From NCBI GenBank assembly GCA_965220085.1, contig CBDCOZ010000003.1:1888001-1952000 (forward strand): 64,000 nt of DNA, written 5' to 3'. The stretch comes from Candidatus Oxydemutatoraceae bacterium (GTDB taxonomy: Bacteria; Pseudomonadota; Gammaproteobacteria; Poriferisulfidales; Oxydemutatoraceae). This document shows positions 9,489 through 19,096 of the stretch, piece after piece. The notes beneath the pieces are model-generated. The model was given only the letters and a program-made list of their open reading frames with translations, made no database searches and was not told the DNA's origin. The position numbers and the translations under genes are program-made. Position 1 is the first letter of the stretch. The number at the start of each line of letters is the position of its first letter.

Positions 9489-11027
9489 CTAGCGGGCGAT
9501 GCGGTAGCGGGTGTTGATTTGCGGATTCTTGATGATGCGCTGCTCGCCGGTAGGCCATGTTACGACGGCTCTTTGCACCTCGGTGGCATCGCCCAGTCCG
9601 AATACGAGCTCGGGCGCCTGGTCGGTGAGATAGCCTTGCCCGGCGATGAGCTGTCGGGTGTAACTCCTGCCGGCGGCGGTTTCAATGAAGATGGAAGTGC
9701 CCAGATGTCTGATGTCATCGGGGAGCCGGAACGAGACGAAGTTACCGTCGCCGGTGTTGAGGTAGGCTTGTTGCGGGCCGCCCATATTGATCCAGAAATA
9801 GTCAAGCCGCGCATCGCCGTTGAGGTCGACAAACAGGGACGACTGCCCGTAGTAGGGATTATCAAGGCCGAGTTGCGGCGCGTGTCGGAAGGCGGGTTTG
9901 CCATCGCGCTCGGTTTGCAAAAACGCCCGGCCGTCCAACTTGCAGAGTTTGTGAATCGGCCACTTGATGTAGTTCTGCGCGACAAACAGGTCAAGCCGCC
10001 CGTCAAGGTTCGCATCCTCAAACACACCGCCCCAGCCAAAGCCTTCATCTTTGATGCCCCAGTCGGGCGCGACCTCGGCGAAGTTGAAATTGCCGTCGTT
10101 GCGCAACAGCGACCAGTCGTGGGTGTGGCGCTGGTCGTCTCTGATATCGCCCCGCGTCAGCCACATCGGAATCGATGTGCCGGCATTGGGAAAGAACAGG
10201 TCTTGGTCGCCGTCGTTGTCGATGTCCCCGACACCCGCGCCCATCCAGAACCCGTAGCCGGTATCAACAGGCTGCAAGGCGAAGGTGCCGTCGCGGTTGT
10301 TTTTGAAAACCTCCGCCTGCCAAGTGTTCTGCGCGATAACCAGATCATCGTAGAAATCGCCGTTCAAATCCAGCAAGACAGCGCCGAAGGAATTGGCCGA
10401 GCCCGCAACGCCCGCCGCCTCTGTCACATCGGCGAATGTCAGATTGCCGTCGTTGCGCAACAGTCGGTTGCGCTTGGCGTGGCTTGGGTCATTGAAGGTC
10501 GCGCTCTTGAAATTCGGAAAGTCCACGAAGTAGCTCACATAGAGGTCCGCATCGCCATCGCGGTCGTAGTCGCTTGGCGAAACCTGAAACGGCTCCGATG
10601 CGGGCGGCGCATCGACAGCAACCCGCGCGCTCTCAAAGCGCCCGCGCCCGTCGTTGAGATACATATATACCCCGCCGGCGCGCGCGACGACGAGATCCAC
10701 ATCGCCATCGTTGTCCATGTCAATAGACACCGCGCCGTGAGCGGCATCGTCATCCGCAAGACCGGCGGCGGCGATGACATCGGTCAGCGCACCGTTTGCA
10801 AAGCGATACAAACGGTCGGGCTGATTCAAGCCGCCGCCGATGAACACCTCATCGCGACCGTCGCCGTCAATGTCAATCGCCGCAGCACCCGTGAACGGAT
10901 GCGCCGCATCATCCCACACAACATCAAAGTCAATCTCAAGCGGCTGAAACTGCCCGCCGGTTGCGGCGCATGCCGAGGCGAGCATCGCCACGGCTATGCA
11001 TAGGTTGGTTTTGGCAAGTGCGGGCAT
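9489..11027 (-). CDS. CRTAC1/ASPIC-UnbV-like FG-GAP repeat protein, probable lipoprotein (start uncertain)
   Basis: Multiple DxDxDGxxDL repeats; C-terminal GQGYLTD...LVFGLG...VTWP; LASAC lipobox. Confidence 0.85.
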   Translation of the reverse strand: MPALAKTNLCIAVAMLASACAATGGQFQPLEIDFDVVWDDAAHPFTGAAAIDIDGDGRDEVFIGGGLNQPDRLYRFANGALTDVIAAAGLADDDAAHGAVSIDMDNDGDVDLVVARAGGVYMYLNDGRGRFESARVAVDAPPASEPFQVSPSDYDRDGDADLYVSYFVDFPNFKSATFNDPSHAKRNRLLRNDGNLTFADVTEAAGVAGSANSFGAVLLDLNGDFYDDLVIAQNTWQAEVFKNNRDGTFALQPVDTGYGFWMGAGVGDIDNDGDQDLFFPNAGTSIPMWLTRGDIRDDQRHTHDWSLLRNDGNFNFAEVAPDWGIKDEGFGWGGVFEDANLDGRLDLFVAQNYIKWPIHKLCKLDGRAFLQTERDGKPAFRHAPQLGLDNPYYGQSSLFVDLNGDARLDYFWINMGGPQQAYLNTGDGNFVSFRLPDDIRHLGTSIFIETAAGRSYTRQLIAGQGYLTDQAPELVFGLGDATEVQRAVVTWPTGEQRIIKNPQINTRYRIAR

Positions 11028-11195
11028 AAAACGAATCACTGATGCCTCCATGATACTGAGGATTGGCAATCTGCGCAATGCTCCCTGCATTGTCATGATA
11101 GAAAGCCACTCTTTGCGGTGACAGCTTCTTGCTCGCCTTCCGCTCGGATGCGGGCCGCACAAACCCGCGCGTATTCTCCAACACCCGCACCGCCC

Positions 11196-11765
11196 CCGCT
11201 GATGCGCCTGCGGGGATGGCGCACGATTCAGATCATCGGCTACATTGCCTCATACTCCGTTGATGCGCCTGCGGGAATGGCGCACGATTCGGATCATCGG
11301 CAACATTGACTCATGCCCCGCTGATGCGCCTGCGGGAATGGCGCACGATTCAGATCATCGGCGACATTGACTCATACCCCGCTGATGCGCCTGCGGGAAT
11401 GGTGCGCGATGCAGATCATCGCTACATTGACTCATACCCCGCTGATGCGCCTGCGGGAATGGCGCACGATTCAGATCATCGGCGGCATTGCCTCATACTC
11501 CGCCGCCGCGCCTGCGGGGATGGCGCACGATTCAGATCATCGGCGACATTGACTCATGCCCCGCCGCCGCGCCTGCGGGAATGGCGCACGATTCGGATCA
11601 TCGGCTACATTGCCTCATACTCCGTTGATGCGCCTGCGGGAATGGCGCACGATTCGGATCATCGGCAACATTGACTCATGCCCCGCTGATGCGCCTGCGG
11701 GGGTGGCGCACGATTCGGATCATCGGCAACATTGCCTCATGCCCCGCTGATGCGCCTGCGGGGGT
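11196..11765. repeat. ~61-bp tandem repeat, about 9.5 units
   Basis: Unit CCCGCTGATGCGCCTGCGGGAATGGCGCACGATTCAGATCATCGGCGACATTGACTCATAC with minor variants and no unique spacers. Confidence 0.9.
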
Positions 11766-11881
11766 GGTGCGAGAGGAGCGTGTCGGGCGGCTACCGGCAA
11801 TCCGCCAGTCAGCCCCCTTCGCTTACCGACGCTCCCATCAGGGGAGCGTGTGGCGCAAGTCCTGCGAAGGAATTGCTCGCG

Positions 11882-13417
11882 CTACCGCAACGGCCCTTCA
11901 AGGAAGAGGCGCAGCCGCAAGCGCAGGAACCCCAGATGTATGGTCATGGTGTGGATTGCGCTATCCGCTTTGCCATCGTTTACTCTGAAGGCGAAGGTGG
12001 CAAAGTCGGAGGTGATACCGTTGCCCGCCGGAGGGTAGTAGGTGAGCCGTGATATTGAAGACCTGTCTATGATGATGCCTCTGGGGGTAACCTCCAGACT
12101 CGAAAAGCGGAGTGTGCCCTTGCCGGGTTCTACGGTGGAAACTATGGTTATTCCGGACAGGCGGTCGCCGCCGGTATCCCTGAACGGGAAGTCGGATACC
12201 CTGAAGACGTATGGCTTGGCCGCGGTTGCGGTGGTGGATACGCTCACAGAAGCATCGGCGCTGAGGGGGGTATGGTTGATGATGGCGCCGTCGGAGCAGA
12301 ACGTGCCCTCGGCGGTGCCTATGCCATCGGTGAATCTGAGGCAGACGCGGATGTATTGGCCGACATTCGCCCGTCCAGGGGTGAAGGTGACGGCGGTGGC
12401 GCCGGCGATGTCGGCGTATGCGCCGGCCGCCGGAGCGCCGGTGGCAGGGGCGGAAGCGGATTGCCATTGCCATCTGCGGCCGGCGTTGGGGATGCCGTTG
12501 GCATCGGTGACGCCGGCGACGGTGGCGGTCAGTTCCACATCCTCGTTGTGGGCGGTGCCGGTTACCGCCGTCACAGTGGGTGCGCCGCTTGCCGCCGATG
12601 GCACGGTCGTCACCAGGTCTATAGTCATGACGCGGGTTGCGCTGTCCTTGACATTGAAACCGCTCTCGCCAGTCCGCACCTTGAAATTAAAACTGGCATA
12701 GCCGGCCATGGCCGCGGTGGCATCAGTGGGAGGAGTGTAGGTCAGGAGACGCGCATCCAGCTGTGCCAGCGTAATGGCAAAGCCCGCGGCAACCGTTGTT
12801 CCGGACAGACTCAAAGCGCCTCTGGCGGGTACGGAGGAGCCAATGGTTATGCGACTCAGAGCATCGCCATCTTCATCGGCAAACGGGAAGTCGTCTGCCG
12901 AGAAAGTATAGGCGCGACCCACGGGCACATAGACGGTGTTGTCCTGCGCAACCGGGCTGTCAGCGGCATTGACGACGGCGGCGACGGAGGCGCGGCATCG
13001 GGTCTCGCGGTTGTCGGCATCATCGTTGAAGGCGGCGCAAACACGCAGAAACTTGCCCACATGCTCTTGCAAGGGCGTGAAGGTGGCGGCGGTGGCTCCG
13101 GCGATGGCATCGTAGGCGCTACCCGTCGGGGTGCTGCTGCCAGTCGGGGCATCGGCCTGTTGCCATTGCCAAGTCGGGGCGAAAGTGGTGATGCCATCGT
13201 CATCCATTATGGTGCCCTGGGCGGCGGTCAGCGCGCTGTCCTCAGTGGGGCCGACCGTGGTCAGGTCGGCGCTGTTCGCCGCCGTAATCGCCGGTGCGCC
13301 GGTGGCGGCATTGTTCTGCGCTTGGGCCTGTGCGCAGAGAGCAAGCAACGCCGACAGAACCAGTAACAAGAGACTGCGCCGCATCACCGGCGGTAGCAAG
13401 AGGCTACGCCGGGTCAT
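11882..13417 (-). CDS. secreted Ig/cadherin-like repeat protein with [12 protein letters not shown] tail
   Basis: Signal peptide; TGAP...D.DG...WQWQ...TFTP...GKFLRVC modules alternating with F...DFPF.D.DGD.L modules. Confidence 0.8.
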   Translation of the reverse strand: MTRRSLLLPPVMRRSLLLLVLSALLALCAQAQAQNNAATGAPAITAANSADLTTVGPTEDSALTAAQGTIMDDDGITTFAPTWQWQQADAPTGSSTPTGSAYDAIAGATAATFTPLQEHVGKFLRVCAAFNDDADNRETRCRASVAAVVNAADSPVAQDNTVYVPVGRAYTFSADDFPFADEDGDALSRITIGSSVPARGALSLSGTTVAAGFAITLAQLDARLLTYTPPTDATAAMAGYASFNFKVRTGESGFNVKDSATRVMTIDLVTTVPSAASGAPTVTAVTGTAHNEDVELTATVAGVTDANGIPNAGRRWQWQSASAPATGAPAAGAYADIAGATAVTFTPGRANVGQYIRVCLRFTDGIGTAEGTFCSDGAIINHTPLSADASVSVSTTATAAKPYVFRVSDFPFRDTGGDRLSGITIVSTVEPGKGTLRFSSLEVTPRGIIIDRSSISRLTYYPPAGNGITSDFATFAFRVNDGKADSAIHTMTIHLGFLRLRLRLFLEGPLR

Positions 13418-13648
13418 TGCCGCCTCGCCGGTTCGGGGAGGCAGCAGTACTAGAAATTTGTCGATTCATGCTATGACTCCTTATGGCCTATATCCGGTAA
13501 ATGCAGTTGTACGATGAATGCTGGCACTCTTAGTGCTGTACTCTACCACAAAGCGCAAGTCATTCGCAAATGTCTTTTTGTCAAACCTCTGCGACCCCTT
13601 CCGGCGGGCGGTTGCGTCGGCGTTGCCGGTGTGTTGCTATTGCGGTAG

Positions 13649-14394
13649 CAACTCGTGCCGAAGCCGGCAAGCCCGAATGCTTCCGGCATGGTTCATGACA
13701 GTTCGCGCCGAAGCCGGCAAACCCGAATGTTTCCGGCATGATTCATGACAACTCGTGCCGAAGCCGACAAGCCGGAATGCTTCCGGCATGGTTCATGACA
13801 GTTCGCGCCGAAGCCGGCAAACCCGAATGTTTCCGGCATGGTTCATGACATCTCGTGCCGAAGCCGGCAAGCCGGAATGTTTCCGGCATGATTCATGACA
13901 ACTCGCGCCGAAGCCGACAAGCCGGAATGTTTCCGGCATGATTCATGACAACTCGCGCCGAAGCCGGCAAGCCGGAATGTTTCCGGCATGATTCATGATA
14001 ACCCGCGCCGAAGCCGACAAACCCGAATGTTTCCGGCATGGTTCATGACAACTCGTGCCGAAGCCGACAAGCCGGAATGTTTCCGGCATGATTCATGACA
14101 ACTCGCGCCGAAGCCGGCAAGCCGGAATGTCTCCGGCATGATTCATGATAACCCGCGCCGAAGCCGGCAAGCCCGAATGCTTCCGGCATGGTTCATGACA
14201 GTTCGCGCCGAAGCCGGCAAACCCGAATGTCTCCGGCATGATTCATGATAACCCGCGCCGAAGCCGGCAAGCCCGAATGCTTCCGGCATGGTTCATGACA
14301 GTTCGTGCCGAAGCCGACAAGCCGGAATGCTTCCGGCATGGTTCATGACAGTTCGCGCCGAAGCCGGCAAACCCGAATGTTTCCGGCATGGTTC
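13649..14394. repeat. 50-bp tandem repeat, 15 units, resembling an IS481 terminal sequence
   Basis: Unit core GAAGCCGGCAAGCCGGAATGTTTCCGGCATGATTCA vs IS end GAAGCCAAGAATCCAGAATGTTTCTGGCATTATGCA. Confidence 0.9.
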
Positions 14395-14447
14395 GCCTGT
14401 CTCACCCTTGCGCCCCATAGCGCTCCTCTTCTCCGTGAGCGCTCGCG

Positions 14448-16367
14448 CTACCGCAACGGGCCTTCAAGGAAGAGCCGCAGCCGCAGGCTTAGGAACCCCA
14501 GATGTATGGTCATGGTGCGGAAGGCGCTGCCCGCATTGCCATCGCTTACTCTAAATCTGAATGTGGCGTAGCCAGTCTGGGCGCTCTGCCCGGCCGCCGG
14601 CCAGTAGGTTATCGTGCCGATGTCGGCGGCGGGCACAATCTGGTTGACACGGGCGTCAGCGCCGCCCACCCGCAAGGTGCCGGCGGTTGGCAGGCTGCTT
14701 ATGGTCACACTGGCCAGGCTGTCGCCTTCCGCGTCCCTGTACGGGAAGTCGGATTCCTTGAAGACGTATGGCTCGGCTTCGGTCGCGGTGGTGGATACGC
14801 TCACAGCTGCATCGACACTGGTAGGGGGAGCGTTGACGAGGCGGCCGTTGGAGCAGACCGGGCCTTCGCGGACGGGGGTGCTGTGCAGGTCCATATACCA
14901 GACGCAGGCGCGGATGTATCTGCCCACCTGGGCCCGGGTGACCATGTATACCGCTATGGTTTCGCCCTCCAGGTCGGCATAGTCCTCGTCTGCCGGGCGC
15001 CCGCCGGCGGCCGGTGCGGCGGCAGACTGCCATTGCAATTCAAGGGTGTTGATGTTTATGTCGTCGGGATCACTCACCGTGCCTAAGTTAATGGCCAGGG
15101 TTTGACCCGGTGCGACAACACCATGTCCCAGATCGGGCTGACCAGTGGGGGGCATCTGCACGGCGGGCGTTATGACAGCGGGGGCGCTGCATCGCATCTC
15201 GCTGGCGGGAGCGCTGCTGTGCAGGTCCATATAGCTGGCGCAGGCGCGGATGTATCCGCCCACCTGACTTGAAATGGGGGTGTATGTGGCGGCGGTGGCA
15301 TCGGCTATGTCCGCATAGTCGCCGTCCGCCGGGGCGCCGGTAGCCGATGCGGCGGCAAACCGCCATCGCCAGCTCAGGGTGCTCTCGTTTATGCCGTTGG
15401 GTTCTATGATGCCGTCTATCGTGGCAGTCAGTTGTACTCCTCGTTGATAGGCGGTGGCCGTGCTGTCGGCGGCGGCGACGGTCGGTGCGCCGGCGGCGGC
15501 GGTCTGGGTGGCGGATATCAGGCCGATGGTGATGGTGGCATCGTTGCTGCTGAGCGAGCCGTCGGAGAGGCGGAATTTGAAGGAGGTTCTGTGCACGCCA
15601 TTGGGCAGGGTTATGTTGAAAGCGCCGCCGGCGAAGCCATCGCGGGCGGTGTTAAGGGCGAGGGAGGCGTTGACAGCCAAATCTGTGGTCGCTGAGGCGC
15701 CGGCCAGTTGCAGGGTGCTGCCATCGGCGGGCAACTCGGCGATGATGACAGCGCCCAGCATGTCGCCGGCGCCGTCGGGATCGCTGAATGCCGTCACAAA
15801 TGGCGTCACCGGGATGGCGGCGGTGTTGCTGCCTGCGGTGCGGGCGATGTGATGGGTCACATCTTTGGCGCTGGGGGCATCATTGACATTGGCCACGGCG
15901 GTGGCTATCCGGTGGCAACGTTTTTCGTTGAAGCCGCGATCGTCATTGAAAGCTGCGCAGACTTCCAGGAACTTGCCCACATGGATCTGCAACGGGGCAA
16001 AGGTGGCAGTCGCGACATTCAGGGAATCGGCGGGGCGGTATGCGGCATAGGCGCCGCCGTGGGTGTCGGCCACTCTCCATTCCCAGAGGGTGGGGATGAA
16101 AGTGGTTAAACCATGGCTATCCTCGATGCTACCGCGGGATGCGGTGATGGGGCTGCCCTGGGTGGGGACGGTTATGCCGCTGGCGTAGGCGACGGCCGGC
16201 TCGCCAGTGGCTTGTTGCGCCTGCGCCTGACCGCAGACAACAAACAGCGCCGGCAACATCAGCGAGCAGAGACTGCGCCGCATCACCAGCGGTAACAAGA
16301 GGCTACGCCGGGACATCGTTGCTCGCCAGTGCGGGGGGGTAGCAGTATTAAAAACTTGTCGATTCAT
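14448..16367 (-). CDS. secreted Ig/cadherin-like repeat protein with [12 protein letters not shown] tail
   Basis: AAGGAG SD before MNRQ start; signal peptide ending GQAQA; same module types as the 11882 gene. Confidence 0.8.
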   Translation of the reverse strand: MNRQVFNTATPPHWRATMSRRSLLLPLVMRRSLCSLMLPALFVVCGQAQAQQATGEPAVAYASGITVPTQGSPITASRGSIEDSHGLTTFIPTLWEWRVADTHGGAYAAYRPADSLNVATATFAPLQIHVGKFLEVCAAFNDDRGFNEKRCHRIATAVANVNDAPSAKDVTHHIARTAGSNTAAIPVTPFVTAFSDPDGAGDMLGAVIIAELPADGSTLQLAGASATTDLAVNASLALNTARDGFAGGAFNITLPNGVHRTSFKFRLSDGSLSSNDATITIGLISATQTAAAGAPTVAAADSTATAYQRGVQLTATIDGIIEPNGINESTLSWRWRFAAASATGAPADGDYADIADATAATYTPISSQVGGYIRACASYMDLHSSAPASEMRCSAPAVITPAVQMPPTGQPDLGHGVVAPGQTLAINLGTVSDPDDININTLELQWQSAAAPAAGGRPADEDYADLEGETIAVYMVTRAQVGRYIRACVWYMDLHSTPVREGPVCSNGRLVNAPPTSVDAAVSVSTTATEAEPYVFKESDFPYRDAEGDSLASVTISSLPTAGTLRVGGADARVNQIVPAADIGTITYWPAAGQSAQTGYATFRFRVSDGNAGSAFRTMTIHLGFLSLRLRLFLEGPLR

Positions 16368-16442
16368 GCTATGACTCCTTATGGCCTCTGGCAAATGCAA
16401 GAGTATATGAAATCTGCGGAGAGACAAAACCTTTGCAAAGGC

Positions 16443-16599
16443 TTACTTCTCAGTCGCCTTTATCTCTATTGACTCGTATACCCTTTTAGCCCTGAGATAC
16501 TTTTCCTTTGACACTTTCTTGTTCCGCTTGAGCTCTTCCTCAAAGCGCCGAGCATCCTTTCCCGGTAAGGACAGGTGTTTCTTTAATAGGTCTGGACAT
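16443..16599 (-). pseudogene. frameshifted paralog of the small antitoxin-like gene
   Basis: MSRPIKETPVLTG, +1 frameshift, DARRFEEELKRNKKVSKEKYLRAKRVYESIEIKATEK*. Confidence 0.75.
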
Positions 16600-16694
16600 T
16601 TTTTATCTCCGTTGTGTGGCTTGTAACAGTAATGCTACAGTATATAACAATCTGCGCAGACAACAAAACGCTCGCGCGACCAAAGCCCGGAGTA

Positions 16695-16752
16695 TCACGG
16701 GGGCTATGCACAAACGCTTGGCAGTTCTCCGGCGTGATTGTCTCGTAACTCG
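16695..16752 (-). pseudogene. 3'-end remnant of an AAA/DUF4143 ATPase gene
   Basis: Similar to 30213-30272 (CCGGCGTGATTGTCTCGTA). Confidence 0.6.
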
Positions 16753-16991
16753 CATTTTGCCCCGATTCTACGGGCTATCGGGAGTATTTTCCTCGGATTT
16801 GAAATGCTCGTGAACATACACTATACTGTACCTTAGCTAATTCAAGGAGATGAAGCGATTTCTTTAAAACACGCCATCCGCACGTATCCTTCTAAGTGGT
16901 GCGTGGTTCTCTGAGAGATGAGAGGCACAATCCCGCGTGCGGCTCTGGCACTTTTTCATTTCGGAATCAGGTTGCGCCTATCGGCGCAGGT

Positions 16992-17211
16992 TGCATAATG
17001 CCGGAAGCATTCCGGATTCCCGGTTTCAACACGACACGCAATATCATCACATCGGCCACGGCATCAAAAGACCCCCAGCGCAAGCTCCGTCTTGGCAGGG
17101 TTTTAAGGCCGCGCATCCCGGTCATTGCATTGCTATGGGCGCCGCGCAAGCGCCAATGCCACACAGCACAATATTTGCCCCGTATGTTCAATATGCCATG
17201 GCATCGGCGCA
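16992..17211 (+). mobile_element. ~220-bp MITE derived from the IS481 element
   Basis: Starts TGCATAATGCCGGAAGCATT and ends ATATGCCATGGCATCGGCGCA, matching both IS ends; related pieces at 56190-56460. Confidence 0.75.
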
Positions 17212-17249
17212 GGCTTGAAAAGCGTAACGTTATGGTTTATGGTTTGCGG

Positions 17250-18221
17250 ATGAATTATGACCGACTGACCGAGAAGAAAAAACGCTTGGACGCGTTACGC
17301 CCGTTGCCAGATGCGCTTGTCCGCAATCTGGACGCGTGGTTTCGCATTGAGCTGACCTACACCAGCAATGCGCTTGAGGGGAATACGCTCACCCGGCGGG
17401 AAACGGCGTTGGTCGTTGAAAAGGGGCTGAGCGTTGGCGGCAAGTCTGTGACAGAACATCTTGAAGCGACCAACCATGCCCGCGCGCTGGACTGGGTCAA
17501 AGAGCGGGTTAAGCGCAAACCCGCCGGCCCGACTGCGAAGGATATTTTGCACATCCATAATGTTATCTTGCACGGTATTGACGATGCCAATGCCGGGCGT
17601 TACCGTCGCGTGTCGGCGCGCATTGCCGGCTCGACCATCGTGTTGCCGAACCCGCGCAAGGTTCCCGAATTGATGGGGGCATTTATCAAATGGCTTAGCG
17701 CAAGCAGGGCGCACCCGGTGCGGCGGGCCGCCGAAGTCCATTACCGGCTGGTCACTATTCATCCGTTTGTCGATGGCAATGGCCGCACCGCGCGGTTGCT
17801 GATGAATATGATTCTGCTGAGGGCCGGTTACCCTGCGGCCATTATCCGCAAGCGCGACCGCCTCGCTTACATCGATGCGCTTGAGACAGCGCAGACCGGA
17901 GGGGCGATTGACGACTATCACAGATTGATTGCGCAAGCCGTCAACCGCTCATTGGATATTTATCTGACAGCGGTTGCCGGGGAAGGCGCCGAACCGGCGG
18001 AGGGGGAGAGGTTGCTGAAGATTGGCGCACTCGCCGGACAAGCAGGCGAGAGCCCTTCGACCATTCGTCACTGGACCAAGGAAGGGTTGCTGGAGGTTGC
18101 CGAGATTACGCCGAGCGGATACCGGCTTTATGCCCCTGAAATGATTGCGCGCATTGAGAAGATCCATGCGCTGAAGAAACAACGCCTGACGTTGCCGGAG
18201 ATTAAAGACAAGTTGGGTTAG
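17250..18221 (+). CDS. Fic-domain protein with C-terminal MerR-type HTH
   Basis: HPFVDGNGRTAR catalytic motif; SNALEGN inhibitory motif; LKIGALA...STIRHWTKEGLL...SGYRLY. Confidence 0.9.
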   Translation: MNYDRLTEKKKRLDALRPLPDALVRNLDAWFRIELTYTSNALEGNTLTRRETALVVEKGLSVGGKSVTEHLEATNHARALDWVKERVKRKPAGPTAKDILHIHNVILHGIDDANAGRYRRVSARIAGSTIVLPNPRKVPELMGAFIKWLSASRAHPVRRAAEVHYRLVTIHPFVDGNGRTARLLMNMILLRAGYPAAIIRKRDRLAYIDALETAQTGGAIDDYHRLIAQAVNRSLDIYLTAVAGEGAEPAEGERLLKIGALAGQAGESPSTIRHWTKEGLLEVAEITPSGYRLYAPEMIARIEKIHALKKQRLTLPEIKDKLG

Positions 18222-18223
18222 GC

Positions 18224-18259
18224 ATTTGCCGGAATAGAAATTAATGAGTCATTTTAGAC
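18224..18259 (-). CRISPR. isolated degenerate CRISPR repeat (30/36 identity)
   Basis: ATTTGCCGGAATAGAAATTAATGAGTCATTTTAGAC vs ATCTACTAGAGTAGAAATTAATGAGTCATCTTAGAC. Confidence 0.85.
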
Positions 18260-18481
18260 TCGGTCAAGACCCCGCCTGAAAAGGCAATATGTGAAATGCG
18301 GTTGCAACAGGGCGCCGCAGTGTTTGCCCTGTCAGCGAGCGGGTGCAATGATGAAAGTGATTGATTAATGTGGGGATTTCTCTGAACCTATATAATTTCT
18401 CCCTAAAGGATTCCAGCCCGTTAAAGGGCGAGAAAGAAACGAGCATAGCATGAACTATAAAGATACCCTTCCTATCTGAGA

Positions 18482-18988
18482 ATGCCTGAAGCAATACTGG
18501 TACCCCTCGCTATTTTAGTGTCGGCGGCACTGGCGTTGTTTTGTGTCTTGTGGCAGATAAATCAGCAACGCAAATTAAAAAAACAAACTAACAGCATCCA
18601 AGTTATGCTGGCACTCTGTAGTGACAAGGACCTTTACGATGCTTCAAGCATGATTTCTGAAATTGAGGACGATCCGAATGATTCGTCCGAAAAGTATGCC
18701 CACTCCCCGCCAGAAAATCTGACTGTGCAACAAAAGAACAAGTGGTTAAAAAAGCGAAGCGCATTGCGCGCGATGGTTAATTTCTTTGAGACGGTCAGCG
18801 TTGGAATCCGCCAAAACATTTATGACGAGGAAATCATTTGCGGATGCGCACGGTCAATGTTTATTAAAAATTACGAGCGAATCGAACCGTTCATCCTCAA
18901 GATGCGAAGCAAAAACAACGTGTACTCCTACGGCGAACACTTCCAACATATCGCCGAAAAATTTAGACAGGTGGATCCTCCTCCCTAA
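18482..18988 (+). CDS. membrane-anchored protein, DUF4760-like
   Basis: N-terminal TM helix; NFFETVSVGIRQNIYDE and YGEHF motifs. Confidence 0.7.
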   Translation: MPEAILVPLAILVSAALALFCVLWQINQQRKLKKQTNSIQVMLALCSDKDLYDASSMISEIEDDPNDSSEKYAHSPPENLTVQQKNKWLKKRSALRAMVNFFETVSVGIRQNIYDEEIICGCARSMFIKNYERIEPFILKMRSKNNVYSYGEHFQHIAEKFRQVDPPP

Positions 18989-19021
18989 CTTCCCAATTTG
19001 GTATGGCGAATGGATTGCGAG

Positions 19022-19095
19022 ATTGACTCGTATGCCCTTTTAGCCCTGAGATACTCTTCCTTTGACACTTTTCTTGTTCTGCTTAGGTTCTTCTT
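19022..19095 (-). pseudogene. internal fragment of the small antitoxin-like gene abutting the array
   Basis: Encodes KVSKEEYLRAKRAYES; matches 16468-16540. Confidence 0.8.
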
Positions 19096-19096
19096 A

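Noticed and set aside
9375-11003. 542-aa plus-strand ORF and similar long antisense ORFs across the window
   Set aside because: Antisense shadows of genuine GC-rich genes without motifs
11196-14394. 61-bp and 50-bp arrays as additional CRISPR arrays
   Set aside because: Units are contiguous with no unique spacers
16896-17249. N-terminal extension of the Fic ORF
   Set aside because: Runs through the IS481-derived MITE; Fic-like sequence begins near 17250
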